Of a DNA stretch of 64,000 bases, positions 26,669-40,649 are shown piece by piece. The position numbers were made by a program, and so were the translations under genes. The notes beneath the pieces are model-generated. The model did not search any database and was not told the DNA's origin. It saw nothing but the letters and a program-made list of their open reading frames with translations. The stretch's first letter is position 1, and each line of letters opens with the position of its first letter. Source of the stretch: Octopus sinensis (Eukaryota); NCBI RefSeq assembly GCF_006345805.1, contig NC_043009.1:46934001-46998000 (forward strand), in the 5' to 3' direction.

Positions 26669-26954
26669 AAATTGTTTTTTTACATCATCATCCTCTTCTT
26701 CTTCTTCTTCTTCTTCTTCTTCTTCTTCTTCTTCTTCTTCTTCTTTTCCTTCATCATCTTCTTTGTTATCATCTTCATCACCGTCACCATCATAATCATC
26801 ATCACTGTCACCATCGTAATCATCATCATCGTCAACATTTTAGGTGTTACTCAAGCACTCAGCTATGAGTCCACTGCATCTTATCGTAGAATCAACTGTA
26901 AGTTAATGAAGTTCATGAGAAAAACTTTTATTCTTTTGTCATCTTATTTTCTTT

Positions 26955-27006
<52 letters not shown>

Positions 27007-27380
27007 CGAGAGAGAGAGAGAGTCAAATTTCTTCAAGAATTATATGATATCAATTAAGAAACACTTTTACTCTCATAATAAGTATTTTTCTGCATTGGAA
27101 ATGCGCTTAGTGCTTAACTACATTTTCCATTCCTGTCCGTATTGTACGATCGCATACTTAGGAACGTAAGTTCCTATTGAATCTGCCATGGTATAGAATT
27201 TAGGATTTGTCATTTTATCAAGCTCAGTCAATTAATTTTGAAATGAGAGGCGTGTCTGATGCATCGGATGATATTTTTTTAGCGATTGGTTATTGTTTCT
27301 TTTGAGTATCCTATACAAGCCATATATATACTAGATGCTTACGAGCTATTGACCGTGTTCTACTAGATCTTAATGAACTG

Positions 27381-27487
<107 letters not shown>

Positions 27488-27938
27488 GCTAATAGGCCAA
27501 AACTTCGAAGTCATTGTCACCTTCTTTCTTCTCATAAAAGATAAGAAATATGTACTCTACAAAATTTGTGGAGTAATTCTTCAGTTTAATAGGCGTTTTT
27601 GTTTTAATTGGATATGAAAACATTCAGATATATAAATATATATATAGAGAGAGAGGTGGCAGGGAGAGAGTGAGAGACAGACAGGGAGAGAGTGAGAGAC
27701 AGACAGGCAGACAAACAGAGGCAGAGAATGGTAAGACTGTTGTTAGTTGATCTTGAAAATATTTCGGAATTTTTTTCTCACAATGAAATCAATAAAATAA
27801 AGCAGGTGTATTGTTTTGATGTTTGCTGATGTCGAATTTTGCTGTACTATGAGTTTATATTTTCAAACTTTCTATTCGTTTTATCTAATTAAAATTCTAT
27901 GCCATGTTGCTTATAATTTTATTTCTGTTGTGTTTCAG

Positions 27939-28389
27939 TTGCTGTTGTGGTAGCCTTTTTCATTTGTTGGGCGCCGTTTCATATCCAACGCCTCATGGTG
28001 TTTTATGTAAAGGAGTGGACAATAAAGCTGCGTCGAGTAGAAAAGATAATATTCTACATATCAGGAATTTGTACTACTTCAGCGCGACAATCAATCCTAT
28101 ACTGTACAACATAATGTCCGTCAAATTTCGACAGGCTTTCAAAATGACATTGCTGAACTTGTGTAGTAAAAACACTCCGAGAAATCATACATTCATGCTG
28201 TACAGATATACATTTAAAGATCGGAAACACTCCCTCGATATCGTCAACAAAGCCAAGAACTGTTTCATTCCACCACGTGAATGTGGCCCTCCCTGTATAT
28301 GCCCAGTTCCGAGTAGTGGGAACTCTCATTCAGGGTATCATAAAAGTAATACTGTACCCCTTTCAGAATTAAAAAACGAAAGAAACTGA
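27939..28389 (+). CDS. Neuropeptide GPCR coding exon 2 (TM6, TM7, C-tail), with a 1-nt frameshift at ~28068-28070 as sequenced
   Basis: Acceptor TGTTTCAG|TT at 27938 is phase-compatible with exon 1 and gives VAVVVAFFICWAPFHIQRL. LYYFSATINPILYNIMSVKFRQAF lies in the -1 frame after GGA ATT TGT AC. The stop for the corrected frame is TGA at 28387-28389. Confidence 0.88.
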
Positions 28390-28528
28390 ACCGCGACAGT
28401 CATTTGCTTACGAAACAAATAAACACCATAGCCATAGTCGTATCTCTAAATTCTATGTATTGACAACCTGAAGAAACGTTCCTTTCTGTTTTATAGCAGC
28501 TGTTGTTTCACCTAGTGTTGTTACTACC

Positions 28529-28560
<32 letters not shown>

Positions 28561-29165
28561 GAGGAGGAGGAGGAGGAGGAGGAGGAGGAAAGAGTTATTT
28601 GACTTAATGATAATAATAGACATTACAATAATCTTCATGGATAAGGGCCGCAACCGTCCAATAACATGCGAATATTTTCGGCTCTACGTTTCGAATGGTT
28701 AACCCATCATTTTCTTATGCTTAATTACATACACAGAAACATCCAACCGTGCGCACACGCGCGCATGCCTATTTGTTTGTTTCTGGTGTGCTTGTGTGTA
28801 TGTGTGTATATGTGTGTGCGCGTACACGCGCGCATGTAACTACAGTAATCGTTAAAAGGAAAACAAGAAGAACAATGATTGACAAATAAGAAACGATGAA
28901 GCTAAATGTTAATCAGACGGAAAGAAGAGGGAAACATAAAATTGTGAGAAAGAGAAATATTCAATGAGGAAAAATATCAGCGAATTATTAGAAACCAGGT
29001 GGGAATGGTGATTTATGGTGCGAGGTAAGCATGGTTGGTGTGAGGATGCTAATATATTGAGTGTATCTATGTCTGGAGATGGACATGAAATGATAATAAC
29101 TGTGTATGCAAATGTGTGCGTGCTTGTGTATGCGTGCGTGCGTGCGTGCGTGTGTGTGTGTGTGT

Positions 29166-29198
<33 letters not shown>

Positions 29199-29528
29199 GT
29201 GTGTGTGTGTGTGTGTGTGGTGGTATGAGTAGCAACTCAACAATGAAAGAAAATAAATTTCTATGTCTGCGGAGACAATATAGTTCGTATGAGATCAGAA
29301 TATGTAGGAGTGGAGGAAAGAAAAGCGTAATGAAGTAAGTAATATATCAATGAAGTATACAGAGTGTTTAAATCTTAATGATACGCAGTAAAGTAATAGT
29401 AACATTTTTACATTATGATATAATTGTAAATGACTTGCTGTAATTGATATATGCAATGGTAGTAAAATACTTAATGAAATAAATGTCACCTAATATAATG
29501 TAGAATAAAACTTGAAATATTATCGAAA

Positions 29529-29578
<50 letters not shown>

Positions 29579-31920
29579 TGCTTGACCAAGTTAGAAATCT
29601 ACTGAATAAACTCACTAGCATACGACAATTATATAACAGATATTGTTATTTCAGATTGTGAGAAATCTAGGGAAAACCAAACAACAGTTCTTCAGAGAAA
29701 ATGCACCATCAGACAAAAATGTATCGGTCATTACACTCTAAGGGCATCGGGTCGCATCTAGGTCATGATTCCTGGATACCTCTCGGCTGCAATACTCTAT
29801 ACTACTGTCTGCATTTCTTCCCCCGCTGGGCGGTTAAGATGACTCAGTGTCAAGGTACTTTCAGTATTGTTACCAGTTCAATCTGAGACACTAGTTGACT
29901 GTAGGGTTAAATAACAAATTAATTTATAAACTTATTTTGTATAGTTGTTAAGTTATCCTGAAATAAATTCTATGCATTTATTCTGATTCGCCTACCACTT
30001 CTGTCCCCCCGGTTCCTTTTTACTAACTTAATTTTCTCATTTAAGTATATAGATTTACCCCATCTTGTCAATATTCAGAAATAACTTTAAACAACTAGAC
30101 CGCTCGTTTCAATAAATTTTATTACTTTTTCATTCTTTACGCCTACTCTTCCTTATCACTTCAACTCTTTTCATTTCTCCCTTCTACTATGTCCAACGAG
30201 AGTTGCTTTCCTGTCATTCGATCGATTAATCTGCATAGTTCGTTTTTTCACAATTGATTTTCCTCTTACTGTTTTTAGTATAAAGCCATTTGACTTATTA
30301 TAGACAGCTTTACATCACTGAAGAATTATGTAATTGGTGAAACCGTTAACATCACGTAATATAAATGCATATAGCGTTCTTGATGAAATGTGATCAATTG
30401 TTGATGAAAACAAAGACTATATCCATTCATGGTAGTAATTTGAACTTATACCCTTAGAACTTGACATTTCCCTTCAGTTTATTCAACTCAGCTGATAGGT
30501 CATTTTAGTCACTGATACCACAAACTAACATTATCATCAGCCGCAACAGTACGAAATTGAACTGATATCTGTAACTGATTTCTTTTGTGAAAGGTTTGAA
30601 GTATATATTACTCTACTACTTGTTGTAAGATTTTAATCTGAATCAGATTAAATTAGTCATTCTAACAGTGAACTGATCCGAGCAATGAGCTATTCAAAAT
30701 TGCATATTGTAAATGAAGGAGTCGAATGAATTGTTCGCTTCTCTACAGACTATCTATAGGCTGTCACATAAATAGTCGAGTAAGACTCTTCATATTTCAT
30801 TTACGTTCACCACCAGCAAATGGTTGTAAGTAATGATTTTGAAGTTATGCTGCTCGCTTCGCACCTCGACCATTACAGCTAATCATTTTGATGAATTGCA
30901 GGAACATTGATAATACAAAATGATGCACAGTTTACAGTTATAAACCATTGCAGCTTATAGTTACAAGCGATTGTGCCAAACGGTTACCATCCATTATAAC
31001 TTTTACACAGGCTTCGACCTGTTACATTAAAGCAATCCAAAAGGAGCTCTTCGCTCAGCTAATCTCACCACGAAATAACTCCTTAGTTGGTTGAAGACAC
31101 AAAATCGTTAACATATTTCTAACTGTCCCAGTAAGAGGATATTCATTTTATCTTCTGTTTTTTTTTTAAGTCAGTCTAAGAGGTAATCTAATTTACATAG
31201 AGTCTGTATAACACATTTTCTACACAAGAATTACTTGACTAAAATCGATATACAGACATCTTAATTCGTACATCTACATGCTTCTGTTTCATCTTACTTC
31301 AAACTACATTTTATATGATTTTCAGTAATAGTTAAACCGCCACTTTGAGCGGGGTGGAACTAAACAATATAAAAGGGGAAATGAAAGCAAAAATGGTAAA
31401 ATCTTGTAAATATCCAAATAGAAAAGCTTCATTTATCGTCTTCTCTGCACAAATTATACATCACGTTAACATAGTTATTTATATATATATATACATAAGA
31501 AGAAGACAAAGGAAATTCTTTAACACACTTTAATGATTCTTTACACTTATTTCTCTACCAACTCTACTTGCAACGCAAGAATTCGAAGTGAAAATTTGAA
31601 AATTTGGGTTTTGTCGACGGTTTTAAACTTAGAGAGGTACTACTCCAACTGACATAATGAAGTGATATACACATAGACAGCCTTGAAAGAGAAGAGAATG
31701 AAAGAAAGGCGCAAAATTCTCGACCAAATATTTTTGCTGAATTGAAGAATTTTTTCAGAAAAATTGTAATTAGAAACATGAAGAATATAAATAAGAATAT
31801 AAAGAATGCGTGCTATGAAAATAGTTTTGTTCAATCTTTTATTTTGAGTAAACTGAAAAGTAAATTACCGAATTAATACGGAGTTATGTGTAAAGGACTG
31901 TCAAAAGATAAAAACAATAA

Positions 31921-32079
31921 GCTGTCTTTATATTCTGAGTTCAAATTCCGCCGAGGTCGACTTTGCCTTTCATCCTTTCGGGGTCGATAAATTAAGTACC
32001 AGTTGCGTACTGTTGTCTATCTAATCGACTGGCCTCTTCCCCAAAAAATTCGGGCCTTGTGCCTAGAGTAGAAAAGAAT
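31921..32079 (+). mobile_element. SINE family A, 5'-truncated
   Basis: GAGTTCAAATTCCGCCGAGGTCGACTTTGCCTTTCATCC core. Confidence 0.85.
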
Positions 32080-34830
32080 CTGTTTTCTGATCAGTAAGGT
32101 AATTAATATAGAAGAAGCAAACTGATAGGATATTTTAATAAATAAAGAAGAAATTTAAATATTTAGTTATTAATGATATTAACATTGATGGTGATTATGA
32201 AAGAATGTGTGAATGTTAAAGATGTCGGTGTAAGAATTACATTTTGGCTACTCTCTATGAAAACAAGTCATCACTGTTTAAGGATATACGAAGTAATATT
32301 AAAAAGTCGTCATTGTACATTTACGTATGCAGTGTGTATATATGCAGCATCACTGTCTTTTCATTGCGTATTCATGTTACGACTTTCATATTTACTAAGA
32401 TTCACATAGACTTTCACTTTCTGTCAAGTGCAGTCAAACACATTATTCTGATTTCATTCATATAAGTTGAACCACCATTCACTTGGGAATACTTTCATGT
32501 GAATATTTGAGTGGTACTGCGAATGTCGAATTACGTTATTAGATTTTTATGGCCATTTCAATATGAATCAAAAAAATATTTGGTGGAGTTTGTATGGGTT
32601 TATTACAGTTGTTATCAATTTCTGTATATCATGGAGTTGAAATGTTCATATGTTTCATATATTTTGTATTGGTATTTTTACAGAGAGCAACATATGCATA
32701 AATGCAGCGTCAAGGACTTCTCATTTTTATGTATTATATTGTATAATCCACTCCACTAATCAATATCGACCATATAAACAAATAAATAATAACTATATGT
32801 GTGTACGTGCTTGTGCGTGTATGTAGACGTACACACACACATACATATATTCACATACGGTAGTGTGTGAATAATATTCTTAAGGTCAACATTTACTCAC
32901 TCGTGACCATTTTTAGGCTTTGTCGCTTATTCAGTTTTTTCGTTACCAAATTTGATGTCTATAACTTTTAGATTGGTCGACCTGTAAGCTACATTTTGGA
33001 CTACAAAATTTGAAATTTGGCTCAGTAGAAAAAAAGTTGAAATTTCAAATATGTGCGATCAAAAAAGGGAGAATAATCCCTGAAATCGACTTCAGGGATA
33101 TACACGCGACGCCGCATACATACTTTCGTAAATACACACACACACATACACACATAATCAATGCACACACATGCACGTGCACATAACTTGCTTTTAAAAC
33201 GCCCATGAGAGGAAACAAAGGTGAGTGGGATTAATACGTAGTTTTAAGGAGAGAGGGGATAAGTTGACAACAATTGATGACAAGTGGACTCTTTTCTGCT
33301 GTCCATCGTAAATATACACTCACACAGACACACATACACATACATATGTATATGCATACAATCATACATATTGCAGAAAAATGTCACTGTGGTTTAAAGT
33401 TTAATCCTTTTCATCTAGTCAGAAAACAGGATTTAGAAGCTGGTATTTTCTACATGATAGTTGCCTATCACAAAATGAAAACAAAATCATTATGCGAGGA
33501 AGAATATTTATTAAACAAACGAAAGCAAAGCATTACCACGACTAAAGCTGTAAGATCTTCTGAGGTTTTAATAAGTTTTTTGCTTGCTTTTAAACTTTAA
33601 TTCAATATTATGAGTAGCAGAATTTAGATTATTATTTCTTAGGGTATATTGACAAGGATTTTGCTTTCAGATAGTATGATTGGATTTTCAGAGTAGTAGT
33701 ATTCAGATTTTTTTAATTTTAAGGTAAGTTGACAAGAACAGTAGCTTTAATTTTTATTTTGCATGAATTTCAACAAACTAACTTTACCCTAACAAGAACA
33801 GGTAGCCAATCCTACCTTACGGTGGGTGCATTGGCTATTTTTGCATTTAAAAAAATGTTATATTTAATCAAATTCTCTTCTTACTATCTAGTTGATATAT
33901 TCTCATACCTCTTCTTGCTAACTCTCCTTACTATATATAGATATAGCTCATTTCTTGATTTTATAATAAAATTAGTATTACATTAATATTCACTATTATA
34001 TAGAAAATTATTTTTCATAACGAATTTTTGCACTTTCTCTTTTGGCGCGTTCGTATTATGCACTTTCTTTCAATATAAAAAATTGTATATAGAGTGGAGA
34101 TATAGGATCTAATATTTTTTTACAGTTATAATTACATTTCTCATTATCCTAAAATTTTAAAGGAAATAAATATACAGGCAGGTTTCATTTAATTCAAATA
34201 TCCTTTAATAGAAGAATATCTATGAATTTTATTGCATTGCCTGGAAAAAACTGGATTACAATGAAAAATGCAGGCGCATGCATGTTTTTATTCATGTTAT
34301 TACACCTGGAAAAGTACAGAATAAGATTTCTACAGTAGAATTTGCCTAATTCGTCACCTTTAAAGGAAACTAAAAGATACTTAAAATTAAAATTCTACAG
34401 TACTTAAAATATTGCAGTCGAGAATATTATTTTTTTAAATTAAAATACATCATATTAGGTAAATTTGAGATAATTTGTTTTATGTATCATGAGAATCTAA
34501 AAAACAAGTAAATCTTTAAAAGCATGGTACAAAAATAATCAAAAATAAATTTAGACATTTTTTTAAATCATGTCCTTTTAAATACACAATAAAAATAGTC
34601 ATTTATTTAGTTGTATCAAGTTCAAATAATAAGATATGGAATTGTAAATAGTATTGCACAAGATTTTTTCAGTTGAATTGAATTCCCATTACTAAAAAAA
34701 GGAACGCAGTAGAATGGTCATTAAATGGTTTCGAATCAACCATATGCTCAGTCAATTCTTCCACATTAAAAAAAAACAAATTTAATCTGACAAATAAACC
34801 AGATGTAAAATTTATTACCTAGCGTTAATA

Positions 34831-34926
34831 CAGTAGAATTAGCCTAATTCGTTTTTGGATACTTCGTTACTTCACCTACACTTTCATTTTTTTTCGTAGG
34901 GAAGACTAAATAGGCGAATTCTACTG
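34831..34926. mobile_element. 96-bp Tc1/mariner/pogo-type MITE
   Basis: 16-bp TIR CAGTAGAATT(A/C)GCCTA with 1 mismatch; TA on both sides. Confidence 0.65.
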
Positions 34927-35607
34927 TATTTTTTTTTAATTAATTCTATTTTATTACATTTTTAAAATATTGCTTTTTTCCAAAAATAAGCCCATGGGTT
35001 TAAATACCGACTTAAATAATTTTGCTTAAATAATTTTTTTTTTCTGAAAATAAAAATTAGTGGGGCCATACATGAATAGAATTTCTGAATATAAGCCCAT
35101 AGGCTTACAATCGGATGGGCTTATTTTTGGAAAAACCCAGTAATGTTTTTATAATTTTTGTTTTAATAAAATATAGTAAATTTTTTAAATGTTTTTCTCG
35201 GCTGCAATATTTTAAGGCAAATGTATGAACTTGCCCATTAAGAGCACAGTAATATTTTAAGGTAAATGTATGAACATGTCCCATTAAGAGTACAACAATT
35301 GTGGGAGATTTGTATTATCTGAAGACACTGATCTACATAAGATCGAACATGAAGTAGAAGATTTTGATTTAAAATCAAAAGAATTTAAATCAAAGTCTTC
35401 TACATAAAATTCAGTACTCTTGAAGATTGGTTTACTTCTAACCTCAGCAGAAATTATAGTTTGAATGAATCAAATTTTTCTTTTTATCTAATCTGAGATG
35501 AAATATGGACCATTTTTATTATCATCAAATATTTCCGTTTATTTTCAAAAAATTCTGTAATTTTATTTTGTTCCTGAATTCTTGCCAAATATATAATATA
35601 CCTCAAA

Positions 35608-35823
35608 GGCGGCGAGCTGGCAGAATCGTTAGAACACTGGGCGAAATGCTTAGTGGTATTTCATCTGTCGCTACGTTCTGAATTCAAATTCCGCCGAGGT
35701 CGACTTTGCCTTTCATCTTTTTGGGGCCGATAAATTAAGTACCAATTGAGTACTGGGGTCGATGTAATCGACTATCCCCCTCCCCCAAATTTCAGGCCTT
35801 GTACCTATAGTAGAAAGGATTAT
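35608..35823 (+). mobile_element. tRNA-derived SINE, family A (full length)
   Basis: Head, B-box and core as at 7751. Confidence 0.9.
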
Positions 35824-36625
35824 ATAATATAGCTCCGAAACACTGCACTGATGAGAAACGACAAGTCGAAAAATGTTTTCTGTAAAAATTTTAAAATTAA
35901 CATAATTCACATGAGGAATTATGTTAATTGAAATCAATGGAATATCAAAAATTGAAAATATATATAGTGTCTGCTGTTTAATTAATACTCTATTGTGATT
36001 TCTCTCCCTTTCAAAGAAGTTGAATAACCAATGAGAAATGAGCTTATACAGAGGCAGAAGTCTCAACCGAATATATCAAACATAATTACCATCGTTGTGA
36101 GAGTACTTTGTCTAAAGAATTTGGCCGATGAAGAAATGGGTGTCCTGACATCCATGGATTTGCAGAGGAAATGGATGTCCTGACATCTTTTAAAATACAC
36201 AGACACAGAATAATTGGAATCAATCTTTTTTTCCATAAAATCCAGCTTTATTAAAACAGATCCTACTGCCAAAGTCACCACAAGATGATATTGTGGCTGT
36301 TTTGATAAATTGCAAAACTTCTCAATTTGATCTGAACAGAATTGTGAACCGTATTGATTTTTATTAAATATTTCTATCTACATCTCACCGTCAATTTGTA
36401 TGGTATTCCTGTTACTTTCTGAAATCTTGCCAAATATAATATAATATAATTCGTGTACCTTTAAATCCTTTTGCACCAGTGTGACACGAAGTGTCGAAAC
36501 AATATTGTTTACAAATATTAAAATACTGATTGTATATGGAACAAAAATAAATAAGAATGATAAAAGTACGTTGTGTTCTCATTAATTTGTTTATCATATA
36601 TGTGTTGTGTGTGTATCAAAACAGG

Positions 36626-36945
36626 GTGAAGGCGCGTGGCTTAGTGGTTGGGGGGGGGGCATTCGACTCATGAGCGTAAGGTCGTGAGTTCAATTCCCGG
36701 CGGCGCGTTGTGTCCTTGAGTAAGACACTATATTTCACGTTTCTCCAGTCCACTCAACTGGCAAAAATGAGTAGTACCTGTATTTCAAAGGGCCAGCCTT
36801 GTCACGCTGAATCTCCTCGAGAACTACCTTAAGGGTACACGTGTTTGTGGAGTGCTCAGCCACTTGCACGTTAATTTCACGAGAAAGCTGTTCCGTTGAT
36901 CGTATCAGCTGGGACCCTCGTCGTCGCAATCGACGGAGTGCTCCA
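36626..36945 (+). mobile_element. tRNA-derived SINE with a different head but the family-B 3' half
   Basis: Head GGCGCGTGGCTTAGTGGTT..GAGTTCAATTCCC, then GTTGTGTCCTTGAGTAAGACAC. From TACCTGTATTTCAAAGGGCC onward it matches family B. Confidence 0.8.
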
Positions 36946-37613
36946 CCATCAAAACAGGACGTTGGAAAGAAAGTTTTTTTATCATTTATTCACTATTACA
37001 TTTGTTTCAGTTGCTAATAGGAATTACAAATTTGTACATGTAGGAGAAACATGTAAGAAAATTTTTATAAGAAATTCTTCAGACAGAAAATCAAATAATA
37101 CAAATTTACATGTGGATGAAGCGTTTATATATAGTTAGCAATCGGAAGTCATATAGATAATGGGAGAGATAATGAAGAGCAAATCTAGTAGTACAGAAAG
37201 GATTAGGGTTATAAGTCTATATACATATACGCACATATACCAGGTCGAGGGTCACGGTCTGTTCTTCATTTCTTTACTTTGCTGTTGAATTGTACAATCA
37301 TTTCGTCTAGTAACTCCGGCCTATCACATGGTCATGGACCACCAGCTAAAGTGAGATATCGGGGTGTGGTACTGGAAGCCATCATGTGAGAACTTAGAGT
37401 TGAATGAGGATCAGTGATGCCTGTCCACCTGACCATCCCTGGCAACAAGGTATAGCTGCGAGACACCGAACGTACTTCCTCTATTCAGATCCCCCATACA
37501 CACCACACTGTTATCTGAAATGAAAAATAATAAAACATTCAAACGGTAGGTAGTGTCCGCACGATAAAACGGTATAATGAGATGATGAGGGGAGTATATT
37601 TACTTTTGAGATG

Positions 37614-37653
<40 letters not shown>

Positions 37654-37704
37654 TGTGTGTGTGTATGTGTATGTGTGTGTGTGTGCGTGTGTGTCTGTGT
37701 GTGT

Positions 37705-38985
37705 ATGTATATAAAAAAGAAACCAGAATTTTGCAATATTGTTTATTCACTTAGTTTTACACTTTTAAACATTTATCGCCTTCAAAGTATTCTCCATTTG
37801 AAGCAATGCATCGGTCCAAACACCTTTTCTTCTGCTCGAAGCAGTCCTGGAACTCTTGCGAAATAATGACTTTTGACGCCTCCGTCGTTTTTTTCTTCAC
37901 TTCTTCCACATCTGCAAAACATTTTCGGCTAATAACTTTTTTTTTCATTCGGCGGAAGAGAAAGAAGTCGTAGTGAGCAAAACTGGGTGAATAGAGAGGC
38001 TGGGTAAGCGAGGTCATGCCATTTTAAATACTGTCTCACACTTAAGAGGGTGTGCGCAGGATGAAACCACTACTCTCCACTCTCCCACAGATAGGGATGT
38101 TTTCGTCTCACCGCGTCTCGCAAACTTTTCAGATCTGCCAAGTATAATGCCTGGTTAACTGTTTGACCAGGAGGAACAATTTCTGTGTGAAAAATTCCTT
38201 CCGCATCGATGAAACAAATCAGCATCGTCTTGACATAGGACACCACTTGACGCATTTGGGGTGGGGCGTGATGACATTGAATGTTTCTACTCACTTGGTT
38301 GCTGCATCGTTTCCTAGTTGTAGCTGTAGCACCAGGTTTCGTCATTAGTCACGACCTTCGAAAAAAAGGTTCCAATCAAATTCCAACTGCTTTTTCAGTT
38401 CACGACACGCATTCAGTCCTGACTGCTTTTGATCCTCCGTGAGCAAGCGAGGCACAAATTTTGCAGCAACTCTTTTAATTCTCAATTCCTCACTCAAAAT
38501 TCGTTGGCAGAAGCTCCAGGACACACCAGTCATATCAACAAATTCAATTGTTCGTTGACGGTCCTTCCCAAAGATCAGAACATGAATTTTCGTGAGCGAG
38601 GTTCGTCTTCAAGCGACAAATGACCATTCCTGAAGCTTGAAAACCACTCGTAAACTTGTGTTTTGCTCATGACGGCGTCTTTGTAAGCTGTTTGTTGCAT
38701 GACAGCATGACAATTGTTTTCGTCGCCGTTTTCCCCTGCAGAAAACAAAATTTCACGGAGGCACGCTTGTTCCTTCGTTTTTGAGCCATCGCAAAATCGA
38801 CGAACAGTGGAGAAGCACTGAAAACCAAAGACCACCATGTGGCAGTATGACTTCACTCGACAACGAGGCCGGTTGACAGACCAATGGCTGAAGGTCGCAT
38901 CAAGCGACTTCTAGCAGCGGAAGCCTGAGCTACAACGAGCTTATCCCACAGAGGACGTTTCTAGTTACTTTTGGGTACACCCTCG
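37705..38985 (-). mobile_element. Near full-length decayed mariner transposon
   Basis: Minus-strand fragments: KTQVYEWFSSFRNG..SLEDEPRS, ILSEELRIKRVAAKFVPRLLT, KTMLICF.DAEGI.H.E.VP.GQTVN, PLYSPSFAHYDFFLF. The terminus TA-CGAGGG lies at 38985. Confidence 0.92.
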
Positions 38986-39252
38986 TATATATATATATAT
39001 ATATATAGTCAAAAATTGTGAAGCATGACTGTCAACACTACTACATGAACCCGAAGATTGCAGAATTCAATGCATGAAAGTACTAGTTCAATCAGAATGA
39101 ACATTTAACATTCTACAATTTCATTTTATTTTATTCAATTATAATATATTATCTTATAATATATCATTATAAGATTGTAAATAAAACGTGAAAATCAGAC
39201 AAGGTTGGAATTCTTTTTATTAATATATTCTTCTATACACAATCACTCACAC

Positions 39253-39321
<69 letters not shown>

Positions 39322-39325
<4 letters not shown>

Positions 39326-39529
39326 TCAAAATGTGACCGCGTGTGTACCGTTGGCGATTTTTTTTCCTCTGTCTTCCCTTCTCTGGATCTTTCCTTCTCC
39401 TATGTTTCCGACGAAGAGCTCCGCTCAAAACGTTAAACCCTCCTTCTTTCCTGAGCGTCCAATAATACTATATTTGTTCCACGTCCTCGCTTGTTGAGTT
39501 TTTTTGTGCTTTCTTGTTTGGATTAACTT

Positions 39530-39530
<1 letters not shown>
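39322..39530 (+). mobile_element. PLE-type non-autonomous repeat, family 2, second copy
   Basis: GTTT-CCGACGA-A-GAGC-TCC-GCTC-AAAA-CG-TT-AAAC at 39404-39438; (TA)n on both sides. Confidence 0.6.
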
Positions 39531-39580
<50 letters not shown>

Positions 39581-39594
39581 TTAAATATGTATGT

Positions 39595-39800
39595 ATTCTT
39601 TTATTCTTTTACTTGTTTCAGTCATTTGAATGCAGCCATGCTGGAGCACTGCATGCTGGAACAAATCAACTCCAAGACGTATTCTTTGAAAGGCTACTAC
39701 TTATTTTATCGGTCCCTTTTGTCGAGCCGCTAAATTACGGGGACGTAAACACACCGACATCGGTTGTCAAGCAATGGTGGCGTGACAAACAACACAAACA
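39595..39800 (-). mobile_element. SINE family C, 3' half
   Basis: Matches 55350-55540 and 51905-52090. Confidence 0.8.
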
Positions 39801-39806
39801 CACACT

Positions 39807-40430
39807 TCAATGGGCTCAAAGTACATAACGTTAGACATACGTTTTGCTCTGTTCAGTAATAGAACCAGAGAGACCCTTGATGAATCTGACGTTTGGGTAA
39901 TTGGTTGGATCTGTTTTGGAGATGAGCGTCACCAATGTTTACGACGTCAACAACAAGGTGGAGGAGTCATATTGTGGGGCGGTATCATTGGGTACGGACT
40001 TGTAGGTCCACTCAGGGCACCTGGAGAGGTTAAAGTGACCGCAGCCACCTACTGCAATCTTCTGAAGAAGGTCTTGGATCCCTGGCTAGATGACATACTG
40101 CTGCCACTTCTAAGGAACCTCGTATTCATGCATGGCAATATACCCTCTCACTATTAGCGTTTTACGGTATATAAGGTGAAAAGTTGATGGTGTGGCCGCT
40201 AGCATCTGTGGATCTCACCCCTATCGAAAATCTTTGGTGCATCATTAAGCAAGATATTTATCCCGATGGACACTAGTTTACCTCGAAATATGTCTTATGG
40301 GCGACTATCAAAGGTGTCACAGCGGAAGGCCAGCCTGCTACTATTAAGAAGTTGACAGCTTCCATAACTAATAAGGTTTTTGAAGTTTTTATTAAAAATG
40401 GCGCTCATGTAACTAAATAATACATTATGT
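39807..40430 (+). mobile_element. Decayed Tc1-type transposase fragment
   Basis: RRQQ.GGGVILWGGI..GLVGP..VKVTAATYC..FMHGN.PSH, then WP..S.DLTPIENLW.IIKQ.IY. Confidence 0.8.
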
Positions 40431-40594
40431 CAATATAAGTTTTGAAATTATTATAGTTTAGTTTTCTGTTAAATATATACTCAATATATGCCTAATATGT
40501 ATCATTAACCTTCATTTTCTGAAAAAGAATATCTAGATGGGCTATTTTCATTCAAAAGCTGTTAGCGTGGTTCTGGTTGCGTGTGTGCGTGTAT

Positions 40595-40649
<55 letters not shown>

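Noticed and set aside
27904-28068. N-terminal part of the 161-aa ORF 27904..28389
   Set aside because: It is out of frame with TM6 and begins in the intron. Only the part from ~28069 is receptor sequence.
31540-33110. Possible MITE ends near 31540-31780 and 32881-33110
   Set aside because: No matching TIR pair or TSD could be established.
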